64,000 nt of DNA from assembly GCF_006345805.1 (NCBI RefSeq), contig NC_043008.1:7812001-7876000 (forward strand), in the 5' to 3' direction. A program made the position numbers and the translations under genes. The stretch is from Octopus sinensis (Eukaryota). The notes under the pieces were generated by a model. It had not been told where the DNA came from. It worked only from the letters and a program-made list of their open reading frames with translations, and searched no databases. This document shows, in pieces, positions 13,588-26,211 of this stretch (positions are counted from its first letter, which is position 1; every line of letters begins with the position of its first letter).

Positions 13588-13927
13588 ATTTGAATTATAT
13601 ATGTATATATATATATGCATAAATTCACTCCTACATATGTATGTAAATTCTTATAGTTAGGTGTAAAATTTAAATTGTACGCTGAATATCCATTATGTAA
13701 ATGTCCGTATTTATATATGTATATCTGTATAAATGAAGAAAGATACCCATAATTGGAGTCAGCCTTGAGAATAATTTTCATTATGGTACACGCAATATTT
13801 TGTTAGAATCTGATAAAGTTTCTAACTAAATGAGTGTATAGAGAATATAAGCGACAGAGTAGATTATTCAGTTAAACTACCTTACACAGATTTCATTAAC
13901 ACAGTGGGATAATTGAATATATAATAT

Positions 13928-14945
13928 CAAGTGCAGAACAACCTAACACCGCTTACTCACCACCGCCGACTCAACGCCAGGAAAACTGAATACCAAGGCA
14001 ACTTAATACCAGGAAATTTAGTTAATAAATAATTTATTCCTTTTATAACATTATCAGGTATTTATAAAAGGTTAATTTAATACATGGCATACATTTTAAA
14101 TTTAGAATTAATGTAATTGAAATACTATTCATTTTTAGCACAAGGCTAAAATTTAAATGAGAAATTTAATGAAAGTTGTATGCAATTCCCTTCAAATATT
14201 CTGTAGGCGATTGTTCTGAAATAGATGAAACAATAAGCAGAATTCTACCCGCTGCCTTCATATAATTCTTCAGTTTAGCGGGAAGTGGGGCGGGTAACCG
14301 CTTATCAGCTGCTCAAAAAATGCATCTCGGTTTCTTTGCACCTTATGCAGCCAATTTATGATTTTCTATATTGTGGGATGCTTCGTCCCAGCTTTGTTTG
14401 GCTAAGAATTTCCATTTTGGGTGTGATGAATTATTTATATATATATTCACGAATCCAGCTTTAAAAATTTCCGTGACTGCCAACATCGGTAGAAAATATG
14501 AATTCTTGGTATTCCTTCTTTGAATGGTTTAGAGCAATTTAAAATACCTTCGGCACCAGCTAAATAGGCCGTTGTGACCAATAAACGACTGAAACAACCT
14601 GCTAAATTGATGAAGATTGCGCCGATCGTGAAGCAAACAAATCATTGTTCCGGAACAAGCACACACATACAGACGCACACACAAACACACAAATATATAT
14701 ATACAATTGTAGTCTTTATAAATTACTTTTATTCGAATTTTAAAAGTTCTGCTTTTTCTTTATTCAAGCCATGTATTAAGATTAATCTCTTTATAAATTT
14801 CTGATAATATTATAAAACGAATAAATTATTTATTAATCGATTATCCTGGTGTTGAGTTGTCTTAATATTCAATTGTCTCAGTGTTGAGTTGTCCTGGCGA
14901 TGAGTTGGCGGCGTTGAGTTGGTGGTGGTGAGTTGTCCCTATTCG
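13928..14945 (-). mobile_element. MULE/Mutator-like (Phantom-type) DNA transposon, internally deleted
   Basis: About 130-bp inverted termini (13928-14060 and 14800-14945) with tandem ~15-bp subterminal repeats. Flanking direct repeat TATAATAT(CAA) at 13920 and 14946. The minus-strand remnant ends ...SPTEYLKGIAYNFH*, typical of MULE transposase C-termini. Confidence 0.7.
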
Positions 14946-15448
14946 TATAATATCAATTTGTTAACGTAATTACCCTGTATATAAAATGCAACTTAGATAA
15001 TCAAACTATATCGCTAAATCTTCACAGATGCGTAACATTATTTCTTTATATTAATGGATTAGTGGGCAGCGTCAGCAACAATGGATGTGCGAATATCTGC
15101 ATGAAATATATTTGTAAAATTTGTTTAAATTTTCTTTTCTGTAGAGTTCAAAATGTGGGGAATAGACAGGATATTTATGCGTTGCCAGAGAGTTACCGAG
15201 TTACTTATGTGCTTGGCTGAAGCTAATGGGTTACAAAGTTCATAGCATTGTATGCTTATGATTAATGAATTTATGGGGTTTTAGTCGTGGGAGCGACGGT
15301 CTATGAGGTGGGGGGATGGAAACATGCTTGAATATACTGAAAGTTACAGGTGAATACATAGCGCGTACTCTTTAATCACAGGTATACATACATCCGCACA
15401 GCTACAAGCATATATGCACACACGCCCACACATGCAGACACACAACCA

Positions 15449-15576
<128 letters not shown>

Positions 15577-16219
15577 GCTATACTTTTACTTTGAGACTTA
15601 ATGATTTGAGCCTCGGATGTTGGAGCACCGTCTCTAGACTGATTGGCTTTTATTTCACACTAACAACTTCCCGATCTCTCCAGAACTTTCTTGGGTAAAA
15701 CAGCGATTTGTACATTGTTGCTCTTGTCTGTGATTCTTGACCCGATGATGGTCTATTTGTTATCTTTGAAAAAATATATTTGAACACATTTACATCTACA
15801 AGGTATTTCAAGCCATTTTGGGATTGTTTGAGTGGAGGTTGTTGTAACTGCTCTAGATTATCCTAATTTTAGTATATTATTGTTAATTCTCGGATAAGTT
15901 GACCTGCCAACTTTTGTTATTCCAGGTTGAAAGAGACGTTTGTAATAGCACTTCACCAAATACTGCTTCTCACAATGGACTAGTTTCCAAAGTACTGTGA
16001 GGAAGTGAAGTTAATTTGGAAGTTCGCTAAGCAATAAAGTTTTACGACATACATACATACATTTATTTTACTTTTACTATACAGAGTTAAACAGATACAA
16101 ACACACCTACATAAGCACATACATTTTGTATTCCATGTGACGTCTCAGTACGAACGGATATATAAAGTTTATATTTATGAACACGAAAATTCAAAGAGAA
16201 TACGTGATAATGCAGGTAC

Positions 16220-16540
16220 TGGTTTTAAATATTGGTACAATGTGTGCAATTATGGTTGAGGGATTAAGTCGATTACATCAACACTAGTGCTCAACTGGCA
16301 TATGTTTCATCGAAAGTTTCGAGCCTTGTGCCTAGAGTACAAAAGAATAATTAAAAAGGCGGCGAACCGGCAAAAACCTTAGCACGCGGGGCGAAATTTT
16401 AAGTGGTATTTCGTCTGCCTTTTACGTTCTAAGTTCAAGTTCCGTCGAGGTCGACTTTGCCTTTCTTCCTTTCGGGGTCGATCTAATCGACTGACCCCCT
16501 CTTCCAAAGTTTCGGGCATTGTACCTCGAGTAGAAAAGAA
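16220..16540 (+). mobile_element. SINE family B copy (16358-16540) preceded by rearranged fragments
   Basis: GGCGGCGAACCGGCAAAAACCTTAGCACGCGGGGCGAAAT head, B box, core, and tail GGGCATTGTACCTCGAGTAGAAAAG. Confidence 0.75.
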
Positions 16541-17384
16541 GAAAAAAAAAGAATGAACGTATATGAGTGTGGAAGTATGGTTCTGATACTTGAGCTATAA
16601 TAAACGGTGCTGATAAAATCTAAATGTCAGTACAGGGGTTCGATAGCCCTGGAGCAAATGAACGCCCTTTACACACATATACTGTGGCGTAGACGATCTC
16701 AGGTCTGTGTCATTCAGAAATGAACACCGTGAGTATTTCTTCAAGTTCGTTCTTATCTGTCTGTATTGAAGTCGATTCTTTCAAGGATAAGAAGCAGTGT
16801 CTTTACCAACTCCACCGCAATCCACACCCACAGACGCAAAATATATGGAAAACGAATATTATAGACGTCATCGTAACATAAATTTACGTATAATTTATTA
16901 ATTATTTATCAGACAGCTACAAGTCTGCTAATGATTTCTATAGCATTCCATAAAAATATTTGTGTTTGTATTTTTATTCCAAAAAAAAATCATTTTGAAA
17001 ATGAAAATTTTGAGAAAGAATCTGTTTTATTATAAATGAAATAACATTTATCCTGAAGGTGTATTTCTAAAGAAACATAGATCTCTTGGTATTATAGGAA
17101 ATCTAGAAAGTTTGTTTTGTCTCCACATATCAATACCAGGTAATTAACTCAAATATAACATGCCCTGATACTGTAGCACATACCTCTAGATTCATGAAAA
17201 TGTGTGTCAATTCCTCTCTGTTTCAACGCCATGCATCTCTTCATATATTACCATCATAAATATATGCACACGCAAAAAGTGGTATGTGTGTTATGTGTGT
17301 TATGTGTGTGTGTGTTGTCTAACGACACGCGTGATTTTCTTGGTTTATGTTCTTCATCCTTTTCGTCCTATCTGGTCTTTTTCC

Positions 17385-17420
17385 TCTCTCCGACGAAGAC
17401 ATACGCTCGAAACATCATTC
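17385..17420 (+). ncRNA. Degenerate minimal hammerhead ribozyme motif in a PLE terminal-repeat fragment
   Basis: CCGACGAAGACATACGCTCGAAACATC. Confidence 0.45.
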
Positions 17421-17550
17421 TCATATTCCCATATGAATCTCTCAGTGAGCGGACATCAATTTCGTATGTAATCTGCCTACATTTAATTGATGATTTTTTT
17501 TGTTTTGTCATCTTTCATTTCTTCTTTTATGTTTTGCTTGTACATATACT

Positions 17551-17581
<31 letters not shown>

Positions 17582-17729
17582 TTGTGCGTGTGTTTGCGTG
17601 CGCGCGCATAATAAGGGTGGCTTATTCGCAGCTTTACAACCGAAAGGAAGAAATATATACGTCACTAAATTGACTAAGGACGATAGTCAGCACCAGTATT
17701 GCTAGAAATAGCAGTCAAAACAACACATA

Positions 17730-18500
17730 GGAACGTGTGAAAACGGAAGGTGAAAACGGGTGGGGAACAGTGTATGTTTCGGTCCTGTCCTCTAGTCTAA
17801 GTTTGAAGACGAGGTCTCTATTTTTGCGGTTGATTTCTTTCAATGCCCAGTAGGGTACAATTCTGTAGGCGCTGTGTAGTTGTTCAACTCTCAGTTTTTA
17901 TCGGGGGGGAACATTGTATAAATTGCCTGTCTTGTCAGTCTGGACGATGATTCCGGGTATTCTGAATGTTTTCTTTTTTTTTTTGGTAAATAATTGTAGG
18001 GTGGAAGGTGTTTGTAAAGCCATTTAAGAAACACACAAAAGCCGTTCGATTCACTTCAACATTTAAGTTTAATTTGTCAAAATATTTTCGTCGCTTTAAG
18101 ACCACGACCTGTTCACTGACAAAAATCCGTGCTGCATCTGCCAAAAGCAACAACATTTTTTTTGGTAATCTTATCGATTTTGGGTAGGCGGGGATTGGTT
18201 GCTTTTCTTTTGGGTATATTATATTTCTGACCATATTGATATGGTATTGTTCAAGATGTCGATCTACTGGTGGGTTTTTGCGAAATCTAAATTCGTAGCT
18301 TGGGTTATCAGAGTTATAGAGGAAGTGCGGAGGGAGGAGTGGGCTTTTCATCAAGTCTTTCAAATCAATTCGTCAGCAGCGTGAATAAGTTTCATGTGCT
18401 CATTTTTGCTGGTAAGTGGTATATCCTTAAGCGACAGTTTAATTTCATTTTCTCCACTTCCGTATCTCCTACACAGTTGGCGTTCACTAGAATAGGAAGG
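17730..18500 (-). mobile_element. Penelope-like element, degraded N-terminal ORF fragment
   Basis: Frameshifted SLKDIP...KLIH...YEFRFRKNPP...MVRNI...LAD...EINRK..LVFKLRLEDRTE. From memory this resembles the N-terminal region preceding PLE reverse transcriptases. Confidence 0.55.
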
Positions 18501-18562
18501 AGTGATATATAAATGTAAGATCCTGGAATCGATATGGAAGAGAAAATCTTAGAAATATCCAT

Positions 18563-18964
18563 ACTCTATTTACTTGTTTCAGTCATTTGACTGCGGCCAT
18601 GCAGGAGCACCGCTTTTAGTCGAGCAAATCGACCCCGGGACTTATTCTTTGTAAGCCCAGTACTTATTTTATCGCACTCTTTTGCCGAACCGCTAAGTGA
18701 CGGGGACGTAAACACACCGGTATTGGTTGTCAAGCAATGCTAGGGGGACAAACACAGACACACAAACACACACACACACATATATATATATACATATATA
18801 CGACAGGCTTCTTTCAGTTTCTGTCTACCAAATCCACTCACAAGGCATTGGTCGGCCCGGGGCTACAGCAGAAGACACTTGCCCAAGATGCCACGCAGCG
18901 GGACTGAACCCGGAACCATGTGGTTGTTTAGCAAGTTACTTACCACACAGCCACTCCTGCGCCT
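18563..18964 (-). mobile_element. SINE family A, full length
   Basis: Reverse complement of family A. Confidence 0.9.
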
Positions 18965-19260
18965 ATAGTGAATATAAACAACAACTTTCAGGAAAAATAG
19001 TAGTCTATTGAGATGGAAGGTAGCGGATTTCTTTCCTTTTACCGAAAAACGATGAGATGAAAAAATTTTTTTTCATATTTCCTCGGTAGGCAAACAGGGT
19101 TGTCGAGTGTGCAGAAAAGAATACAAGAGTTACGGAATGAAATATCGGAAATCCGGGAACTGTATGTTTCATAGCGAGTGGAACCTCAGAAGTGGTAACA
19201 TTCAAGTGGGGTGTACACCGCCGGTCATTCTTCAGGCTAAGGATATATATATATATATAG

Positions 19261-19428
19261 GCGTAGGAGTGGCTGTGTGGTAAGTAGCTTGCTTACAGGC
19301 CCCATGGTTCTGGGTTCAGTTGCACAGCGTGGCACCTTGGGCAAGTGTCTTCTAATATAGCCTCTGGCCGACCAAAGCCTTGTGAGAGGATTTGGTAGAC
19401 GGATACTGAAAGAAGCTCGTCGTATTTT

Positions 19429-19470
<42 letters not shown>

Positions 19471-19672
19471 ATATGTTTGTGTGTCTCTGTTTCTTCCCCC
19501 AACATCGCTTGACAACCGATAGTGGTGTGTTTACGTATCCGTAACTTAGCGGTTCGGAAAAAAAGAGACCGATATAATAAGTGCTAGGCTTACAAAGAAG
19601 AGGTGCTGTGGTCGATTTGCTCGACTAAAACGCGTTGCTCCAGCATGGCCACAGTCAAATGACTGAAAAAGA
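19261..19672 (+). mobile_element. SINE family A, full length
   Basis: Head, internal microsatellite and tail are all present; flanked by (TA)n. Confidence 0.9.
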
Positions 19673-20124
19673 GTATATATACCTATATGTGTGTGTATAC
19701 TACATATATATATATATATATATATACTCACACGCACTCAGGTTCCTAACAATTATATCTGCACACGTTGACTATCTGTAATGTATTTATGGGAATATAT
19801 TTCATTTGCAAAATTTAAATGTTAATAGAATTTCTAGAGAGAATCTAATTAGTTTCTGAACACCTGTTTTCAAACTGATGTCTGTTCTCCTTCAGGTTTT
19901 ACTGATAGTATGAAGCAATAGGATCGGAAGCGTCAAAGAATATGTTGTCTGGGTTTTGTGCGCAATATGCTTCAATGACTGCTTTCAGTACTTTAACCAT
20001 TGGTAGATTTGTACCGTAAGCTTTATTCTGTGACAGGTATTCTACTAATCTATTTCGTCCAACACACCTGTTCGGCACTAACTTAAAGTAATCCATTAAA
20101 TTACTATTGTCTGTATTCAGGAAC

Positions 20125-20818
20125 GTTTCTCGTGGACATTTGACGTGGTTATTGTGGTTCAAACTCGTTTATATTCCGAGTGATGCTAACGTCACGTAGA
20201 TGGAACGGTTCGAAACACCTTCCTACTCCACCTTACTCGAAATAAACCCCACATCTTCAAAACCGTTGATGTCATGTTAGGCCAGATTGTTGCAGTAAGT
20301 TCAAGCAAATGGGACCAGTCTCAGTTGCTTAAAATCAGTGCTCCAATTTAACCTTTTAATAAGCCACATTGTTCTGCAAATCCCCATTAATTATATAGAT
20401 TTCCCCCACAATATGCGGATTCTCAGGTCCCCACTTTGAATTTAAATTGTCCTTACCTTATCAAACCAACTTTCTTGGAAAGTATGCCCATTCTATGCAC
20501 TTCGTTACAGGCCACTTGTAAAATCCCACTTTGATCCAAATCCTCTTCATTGAGACCATGGGCTATTCTTGAGATGCCCTTTTTCCAGATGCACCTTCAC
20601 AATCAAATGGACGCTTCACACGACTCGCTCGTCGTACAGACTTTCTTGTTCTCTGACAAAACGTTCCTAACGCCCTTTCTTGCTTTGTGAATCCCGCTGA
20701 TGTCTTTTGTGAGGTATGTTTCTGGTGGACATTGTGACCTGTTACTGTGGTTCAGACTCGTTTATATTCCGAGTGATGCTAACGTCACGTAGGTGGAACT
20801 GTTCCGAACACCTTCCTA
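20125..20818. repeat. Pair of ~100-bp direct repeats (20125-20225 and 20718-20818)
   Basis: Shared core CTCGTTTATATTCCGAGTGATGCTAACGTCACGTAG..GGAAC..TTC..AACACCTTCCTA; period 593 bp. Confidence 0.9.
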
Positions 20819-21602
20819 AACCTTTTTCATAATTTAACAACGTTTACAAAGTTTTAATTAAACTTTAGGATGAATTTACTCTGTTCAAATTGTAGTCTGG
20901 CTTCAATCATTATTTCTGCTTGATTAAATCTAAAAAGAAATTAATATTAAGTGAATCATGAGCACTTCACAGGTATATGTATTGTTGGGCACATTCTGTA
21001 TATGCATGTATGCATGTGCATGTCTGTATGTGCGTATGTGTGGCGCGCGCGCATGCGTGTGTGTATTTGTGTGTGCTTGTCTGTGAGTTCATATAGAAGA
21101 CTATACGTTGTTTTCAGTGAATTCGACAGTGTGCAGTTAATTTGAATTCCATTGAAGCTAATTTTACAATTACATTCTATTCGATAACTAAAATATGTAA
21201 ATAAAATTCTTAGATTTATTAAAACTTATCGGAATATTTCCTCCATGATGAATATATCGCACGCTTATTAATGAATATTGACGTTAAATAAAATACGGTC
21301 TGACTCAGATTTAAGATTTGATTATACATTGCAATTAATGAATACATTTTGGATAATATATTCTATTTTCAGGTTTAAATACATTCATTTATATATATTT
21401 ATATTAAGATGTTCTTTTACTTTAATTTTGTTAATTCTCTTGGTAGAGTATAATATGGCCAAACGGATTCTTTAATTGCTTATTTCATATAGTGTCTATA
21501 TATATCAATGATTGTAGTGACCTTCTTGAGAACGATCTGATTACCATGTACGGAGCCATATCATGTGACTTACTACATTTTCACTCTTACTAATTACTAT
21601 AA

Positions 21603-21667
21603 CCAATGCCGCAAATAAGTATGCGATGACGTCATAGAAGCTGCGACGTCAATATATTTCATATAAT
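21603..21667 (+). promoter_or_regulatory. Putative TSSK proximal promoter: CCAAT box, palindromic CRE, second CRE half-site, TATA-like element
   Basis: CCAAT at 21603-21607, ATGACGTCAT at 21626-21635, CGTCA at 21647-21651, then ATATATTTCATATAAT. The cluster lies about 210-280 bp upstream of the ATG. Confidence 0.5.
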
Positions 21668-21879
21668 GCAATAATCAAAGCGACCATTTTGGCGACCTCG
21701 TCAATAGTGGAGTATAATCCAGTTTCTAAGCTAAAGTGGAAATACTCACACAATATTATGAAACATGGGTCATACATGACAATTGATATGTAAAATGATT
21801 CATCCATGAAATCTGTAGTTTTTCCTAAACTGTTTAACACATTTTCGTATAAAACCTTCAAAGTCAGTAACATCTTAAA

Positions 21880-22785
21880 ATGAAACGAACAAGTAATCGG
21901 TTCGAAATTGATGAGAACGAGCATCTTAAGAAGTATGGTTACACTATTCTGTCAACGCTAGATGAAGGGTCATTTGCAAAAGTCAAAGAAGGTTACGACG
22001 AAAACAATAAAAGGAAAGCGGCAATTAAGATTATAGATGAAAGAGTTGTGAGGAAAAATTTCAAAGTGAAATTTCTTCCCCGAGAATTGGCCATATTTCC
22101 TTTGCTAGATCATCCTAATATCATTAAGCTATTTCATGAAATTCGTGTGGGCCATAAGATTTATGTAGTAATGGAGTTTGCAGGACATGGTAACTTACTC
22201 GACTATGTCGAACTTCATGGTGGACTTTTAGAACCGAAATCCAAAGCATTTTTCTCCTCGATTTTAAGCGCAATATCGTACATGCACAGTAAACAAATTG
22301 TACATAGAGATATAAAATGTGAAAATATTCTACTGAACAGAGAGAACGAAGTTAAGGTCAGTGATTTTGGTTTTGCTCGTGAAATTAAAGAGGGACAACT
22401 AAGTTCCACATTTTGTGGCAGTATGGCCTATTCATGTCCAGAGATCTTGCAGAAGAAGCCCTACTATCCTATGTCGGCTGACGCTTGGGCACTTGGTATT
22501 GTTCTGTTCAAAATGGTATTTAATAGATTCCCGTACAAATCGCACGATATGAATAACATAATTAAAATGCAAACAGAAAAGAAGTTTACTTTTCCTAAAG
22601 TTGTTTCCTATTCGCTTCAAGATATGATCAATAATATTTTAGAACCGCAGCTAGATAAGAGGTTTGGTGTAACAGACATCATTAGTCATACATGGATAAA
22701 ATACGTATACGCCGAAGAAAATAGTCATAAAGCGGAAGCTGTAGAAAGACCTGCCAACACTGAAACTGTGGCTGCTGCAGAATGA
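21880..22785 (+). CDS. TSSK: Testis-specific serine/threonine kinase (TSSK family, CAMK group), intronless, 301 aa
   Basis: Uninterrupted ORF with an in-frame upstream stop (21868-21870) and A at -3. Kinase motifs in order: EGSFAKV, AIKII, KFLPREL (TSSK signature), HPNIIKL, VMEFAGHGNLLDYV, HRDIKCENILL (TSSK-type catalytic loop), SDFGFAR, STFCGS-AY-xPE, DAWALG, and subdomain XI Arg. The paralogue (TSSK1/2/4-like) cannot be assigned by eye. Confidence 0.95.
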   Translation: MKRTSNRFEIDENEHLKKYGYTILSTLDEGSFAKVKEGYDENNKRKAAIKIIDERVVRKNFKVKFLPRELAIFPLLDHPNIIKLFHEIRVGHKIYVVMEFAGHGNLLDYVELHGGLLEPKSKAFFSSILSAISYMHSKQIVHRDIKCENILLNRENEVKVSDFGFAREIKEGQLSSTFCGSMAYSCPEILQKKPYYPMSADAWALGIVLFKMVFNRFPYKSHDMNNIIKMQTEKKFTFPKVVSYSLQDMINNILEPQLDKRFGVTDIISHTWIKYVYAEENSHKAEAVERPANTETVAAAE

Positions 22786-23059
22786 CCTGAGATCCATCCC
22801 TCTCAGATATGTATATAGGTATCAATTCTCTGAAGCTTTCGAGGTTATGATTTCCAATATATATTGAAATATGATTCGTAATCTCATCAATATAATTATG
22901 ACAGTAATCATAATCGCGTAATCTGCTTATTGAGAATAGCGGACGAATAATATATTTTATGGATTTATTTATTTACCTATCTATTTCTATTTAACAATAT
23001 ATATTGATGAAACTTTTTATCTAATTGAACGATCGTAATTTAAGTGAATATGCATTTAC

Positions 23060-23065
23060 AATAAA
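23060..23065 (+). promoter_or_regulatory. Probable polyadenylation signal of TSSK
   Basis: AATAAA about 275 nt after the stop codon, followed by T-rich sequence. Confidence 0.45.
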
Positions 23066-25219
23066 ATCTATAAACATTTAATTATTTAGACATTTTCAGT
23101 TTCTCAAAATTTAATTTCCAATGATTCTTAAAATACTTTTTCATCTAGTGTCTACAATATGTGCCTATATAAGGTTTTGAAAATGTGATTGGAATGTGCT
23201 TTCATGCTATGCTCATATTCTTTAATATTAATTAAGTATTCAAGTAACCTCTGTAAAAGAAACAATGGTTGGCATTCGTGACCGAAATATCAGTGAAATT
23301 CCATGTCGTTCATATTAAATAAGTAGCAGAATAACATAACAGGTAATATACTTCTAATAGTAAACAGAAATTGACTATTTCAGTGTTGCCGTATCAGAAA
23401 ATACGGAGAGGTGTTTCTCTGTTTAGATAAAAAGAAAATTTCCTAGATTCGGATTCCTATAATATACGAAATTTCATTTGAAGTCCGATCTCTCAATCAG
23501 TGGTAAATGTGTATTTTGTTACAGGTTCTTTGCCATTTTGCGACTATTTCAGTCAGTCTAGATTTAGGCTAAATAATATTCATTGATCTATTTTCTTTCA
23601 ACAAGAATAATACATTCAATCCGTCTTTTTTATAGAAAGGTTTAGTTTCAAATAGTGATGCAGAAGGTAAAAAAAAGAAAGACCTTCTAGACTACGAGCC
23701 ATATATTATTTAATAACAATATTTTAGAATTGTAGATATTTTGTAGATTAATTTTGGCGGTTTTGGAGACTAGCATGGCCAAAATCAAAAGAGAAATTTT
23801 GATTAAGATTGAAGTCGGACACGGAGAAATCAGATACCTGTTCTCAAGTTTCACCCTCATTCCTTTCAGGCCTGGATATTACTGACACCAACATGATATA
23901 TGATGTAGTTACATAATCGATGGAGCTATGATTTGCTTCTCGCTGAAAATGAATGTCAAGGTGTGCATGGCACTCTAACCACATCAATGAGAAATCTTCG
24001 TTGATATGTAAAACATTGTGTTTAGAGAAGAAAAAATAGACTTTTAAAGAAAGAGGTAATGGACTGCATCAATAGGTTACTGTTTCTACATTTTGCAGAA
24101 ATTTAAAAGATGCATGCACGGATTATGTCTTTTATTTAGGGCATGGGGTTTTTTATAAAATTTGTTGTCTGGTTTAAGGAATGGAAATGAATGTAAGCAA
24201 TGCAATAAAAATGTGTTTGTGAAGAGGGCAGATCATTAAATTGAAAGTATAAAGTGAACAAAAAACGACTGGGGAAGAGAGAAACGGATTTTGAACATAT
24301 GTTTGTATAGGCAAATGTGTTCGATTATTTATATATGTAGATACAATCATTTACGAATTCTTATTTTTGATATCCGAGGTCGGCTGATTCATTCGAACGG
24401 CATTTACCCCAGTAATTCTGATCCACCTATTATAATATTGATATTACGTCTATCTTGCTAGTATATTTAATATGAAGATGAAGAGAACCTGTCAATATTC
24501 AGCGGGGCAAAGGATAGGCTTATACCTTCACATTATTACTTCTATTAATAATACAAGTGCCTTAGCCAATCACAGAAAAAATACTCATGCCTTGTCTTCT
24601 AAACGAAAAGCAGATACGCGTCCATCATAATGAAAATAAGTACAGGCGTAAGAGTTCTACATATTTGAATATTAGATTCCAACCATCAGGATTCATTAAC
24701 ACACACATTGAATTCATCGAGAACAGTCTGGTGGAAGTCTATGTCCAGTTCGAAGTAATAGTATAAAGTTAATGGAAGTTATCTATAATTCTGATATCGA
24801 TTTTGGAAAAAAGAGTCCCTGTGCGCATCCACGTCAATGTTTTGAGTATCCCCAAGATCATTTTCGACTAAATATTTAAAACAATTTCACGCTCAACAGT
24901 TAACACTGTCGTGCGATGGACGACTGGGATTACCAGTTAATGGAGAAGATAGAAAGTGCCTACCGTCCGTTTAAGTTTGATGTCAGAATCAAGCTCATTT
25001 AATTAACGAAAAATAAGCTTACATAAAGAAGCTTGACAAGTCCTCATTACTGACGAATATCGGAAACTAGGACAAAATAAGAGTACCATCACTTGCCATT
25101 GCATTTGCAGAATTTAGATTAACTTTGCTGTGGAAAAGAATTGATGGAATGACCATGTCTTTTGCATAATAATACACACATTCGATACTCTAATATGGCT
25201 AGATATCAATAATGTACAA

Positions 25220-25274
<55 letters not shown>

Positions 25275-25704
25275 CCCACACTCATCCATATTTTGTTGTA
25301 TTTTCTGAGTGAAGCCGCAACCGAATGAAGTGTGCAATATTAGTGTCTCTGCAAGGAAATACATAGCTCTGCAATGTATGTAATGTATTATAAATTCTAT
25401 ATTACACACACAGACACACATATACGTGCACACACACACACACTCGCGTACCTCAAACACAACTTATATTTTATATGCAACCACTAACATCTAAACCTAA
25501 TGTAATCAACCGTACTTCATTGGACAAAAGGTCGATCTTTCCCAATAATCATCCACGATGTTGTAAACATTGTTACCTGCGCAAGCGCTCGTACTTAAAT
25601 AGATTTAGAGATACAGAAGCACATCATTATTTCTAACATGTCTTCAACACCTTTTCTCCCTTCCATAATTCTCTATATTTCATTTTTCACCCCTGCTGAT
25701 ATAT

Positions 25705-25740
25705 ATCTATCCATCCATCCATCCATCAATCCATCCATCC

Positions 25741-25825
<85 letters not shown>

Positions 25826-25851
25826 CTATCTATCTATCTATCTATCTATCA

Positions 25852-25890
<39 letters not shown>

Positions 25891-25891
25891 A

Positions 25892-25944
<53 letters not shown>

Positions 25945-25945
25945 G

Positions 25946-25979
<34 letters not shown>

Positions 25980-26048
25980 ATCTATCTATCTATCTATCTA
26001 TCTGTCTGTATATCTATCTATATATCTATCTATCTATCTATCTATCTG

Positions 26049-26142
<94 letters not shown>

Positions 26143-26158
26143 GATCTATCTATCTATC

Positions 26159-26210
<52 letters not shown>
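25705..26210. repeat. (ATCT)n tetranucleotide microsatellite, ~500 bp
   Basis: Directly visible. Further (ATCT)n/(ATAG)n tracts at 41195-41440, 41865-41955 and 53220-53295. Confidence 0.97.

Positions 26211-26211
<1 letters not shown>

Noticed and set aside
14845-14940. Regularly spaced GAGTTG repeats resembling a CRISPR or iteron array
   Set aside because: No unique spacers, eukaryotic context, and explained as MULE subterminal repeats mirrored at 13940-14010.
25045-25075. CTGACGA...GAAAC hammerhead-like string
   Set aside because: No stem II can form and there is no repeat context; probably chance.
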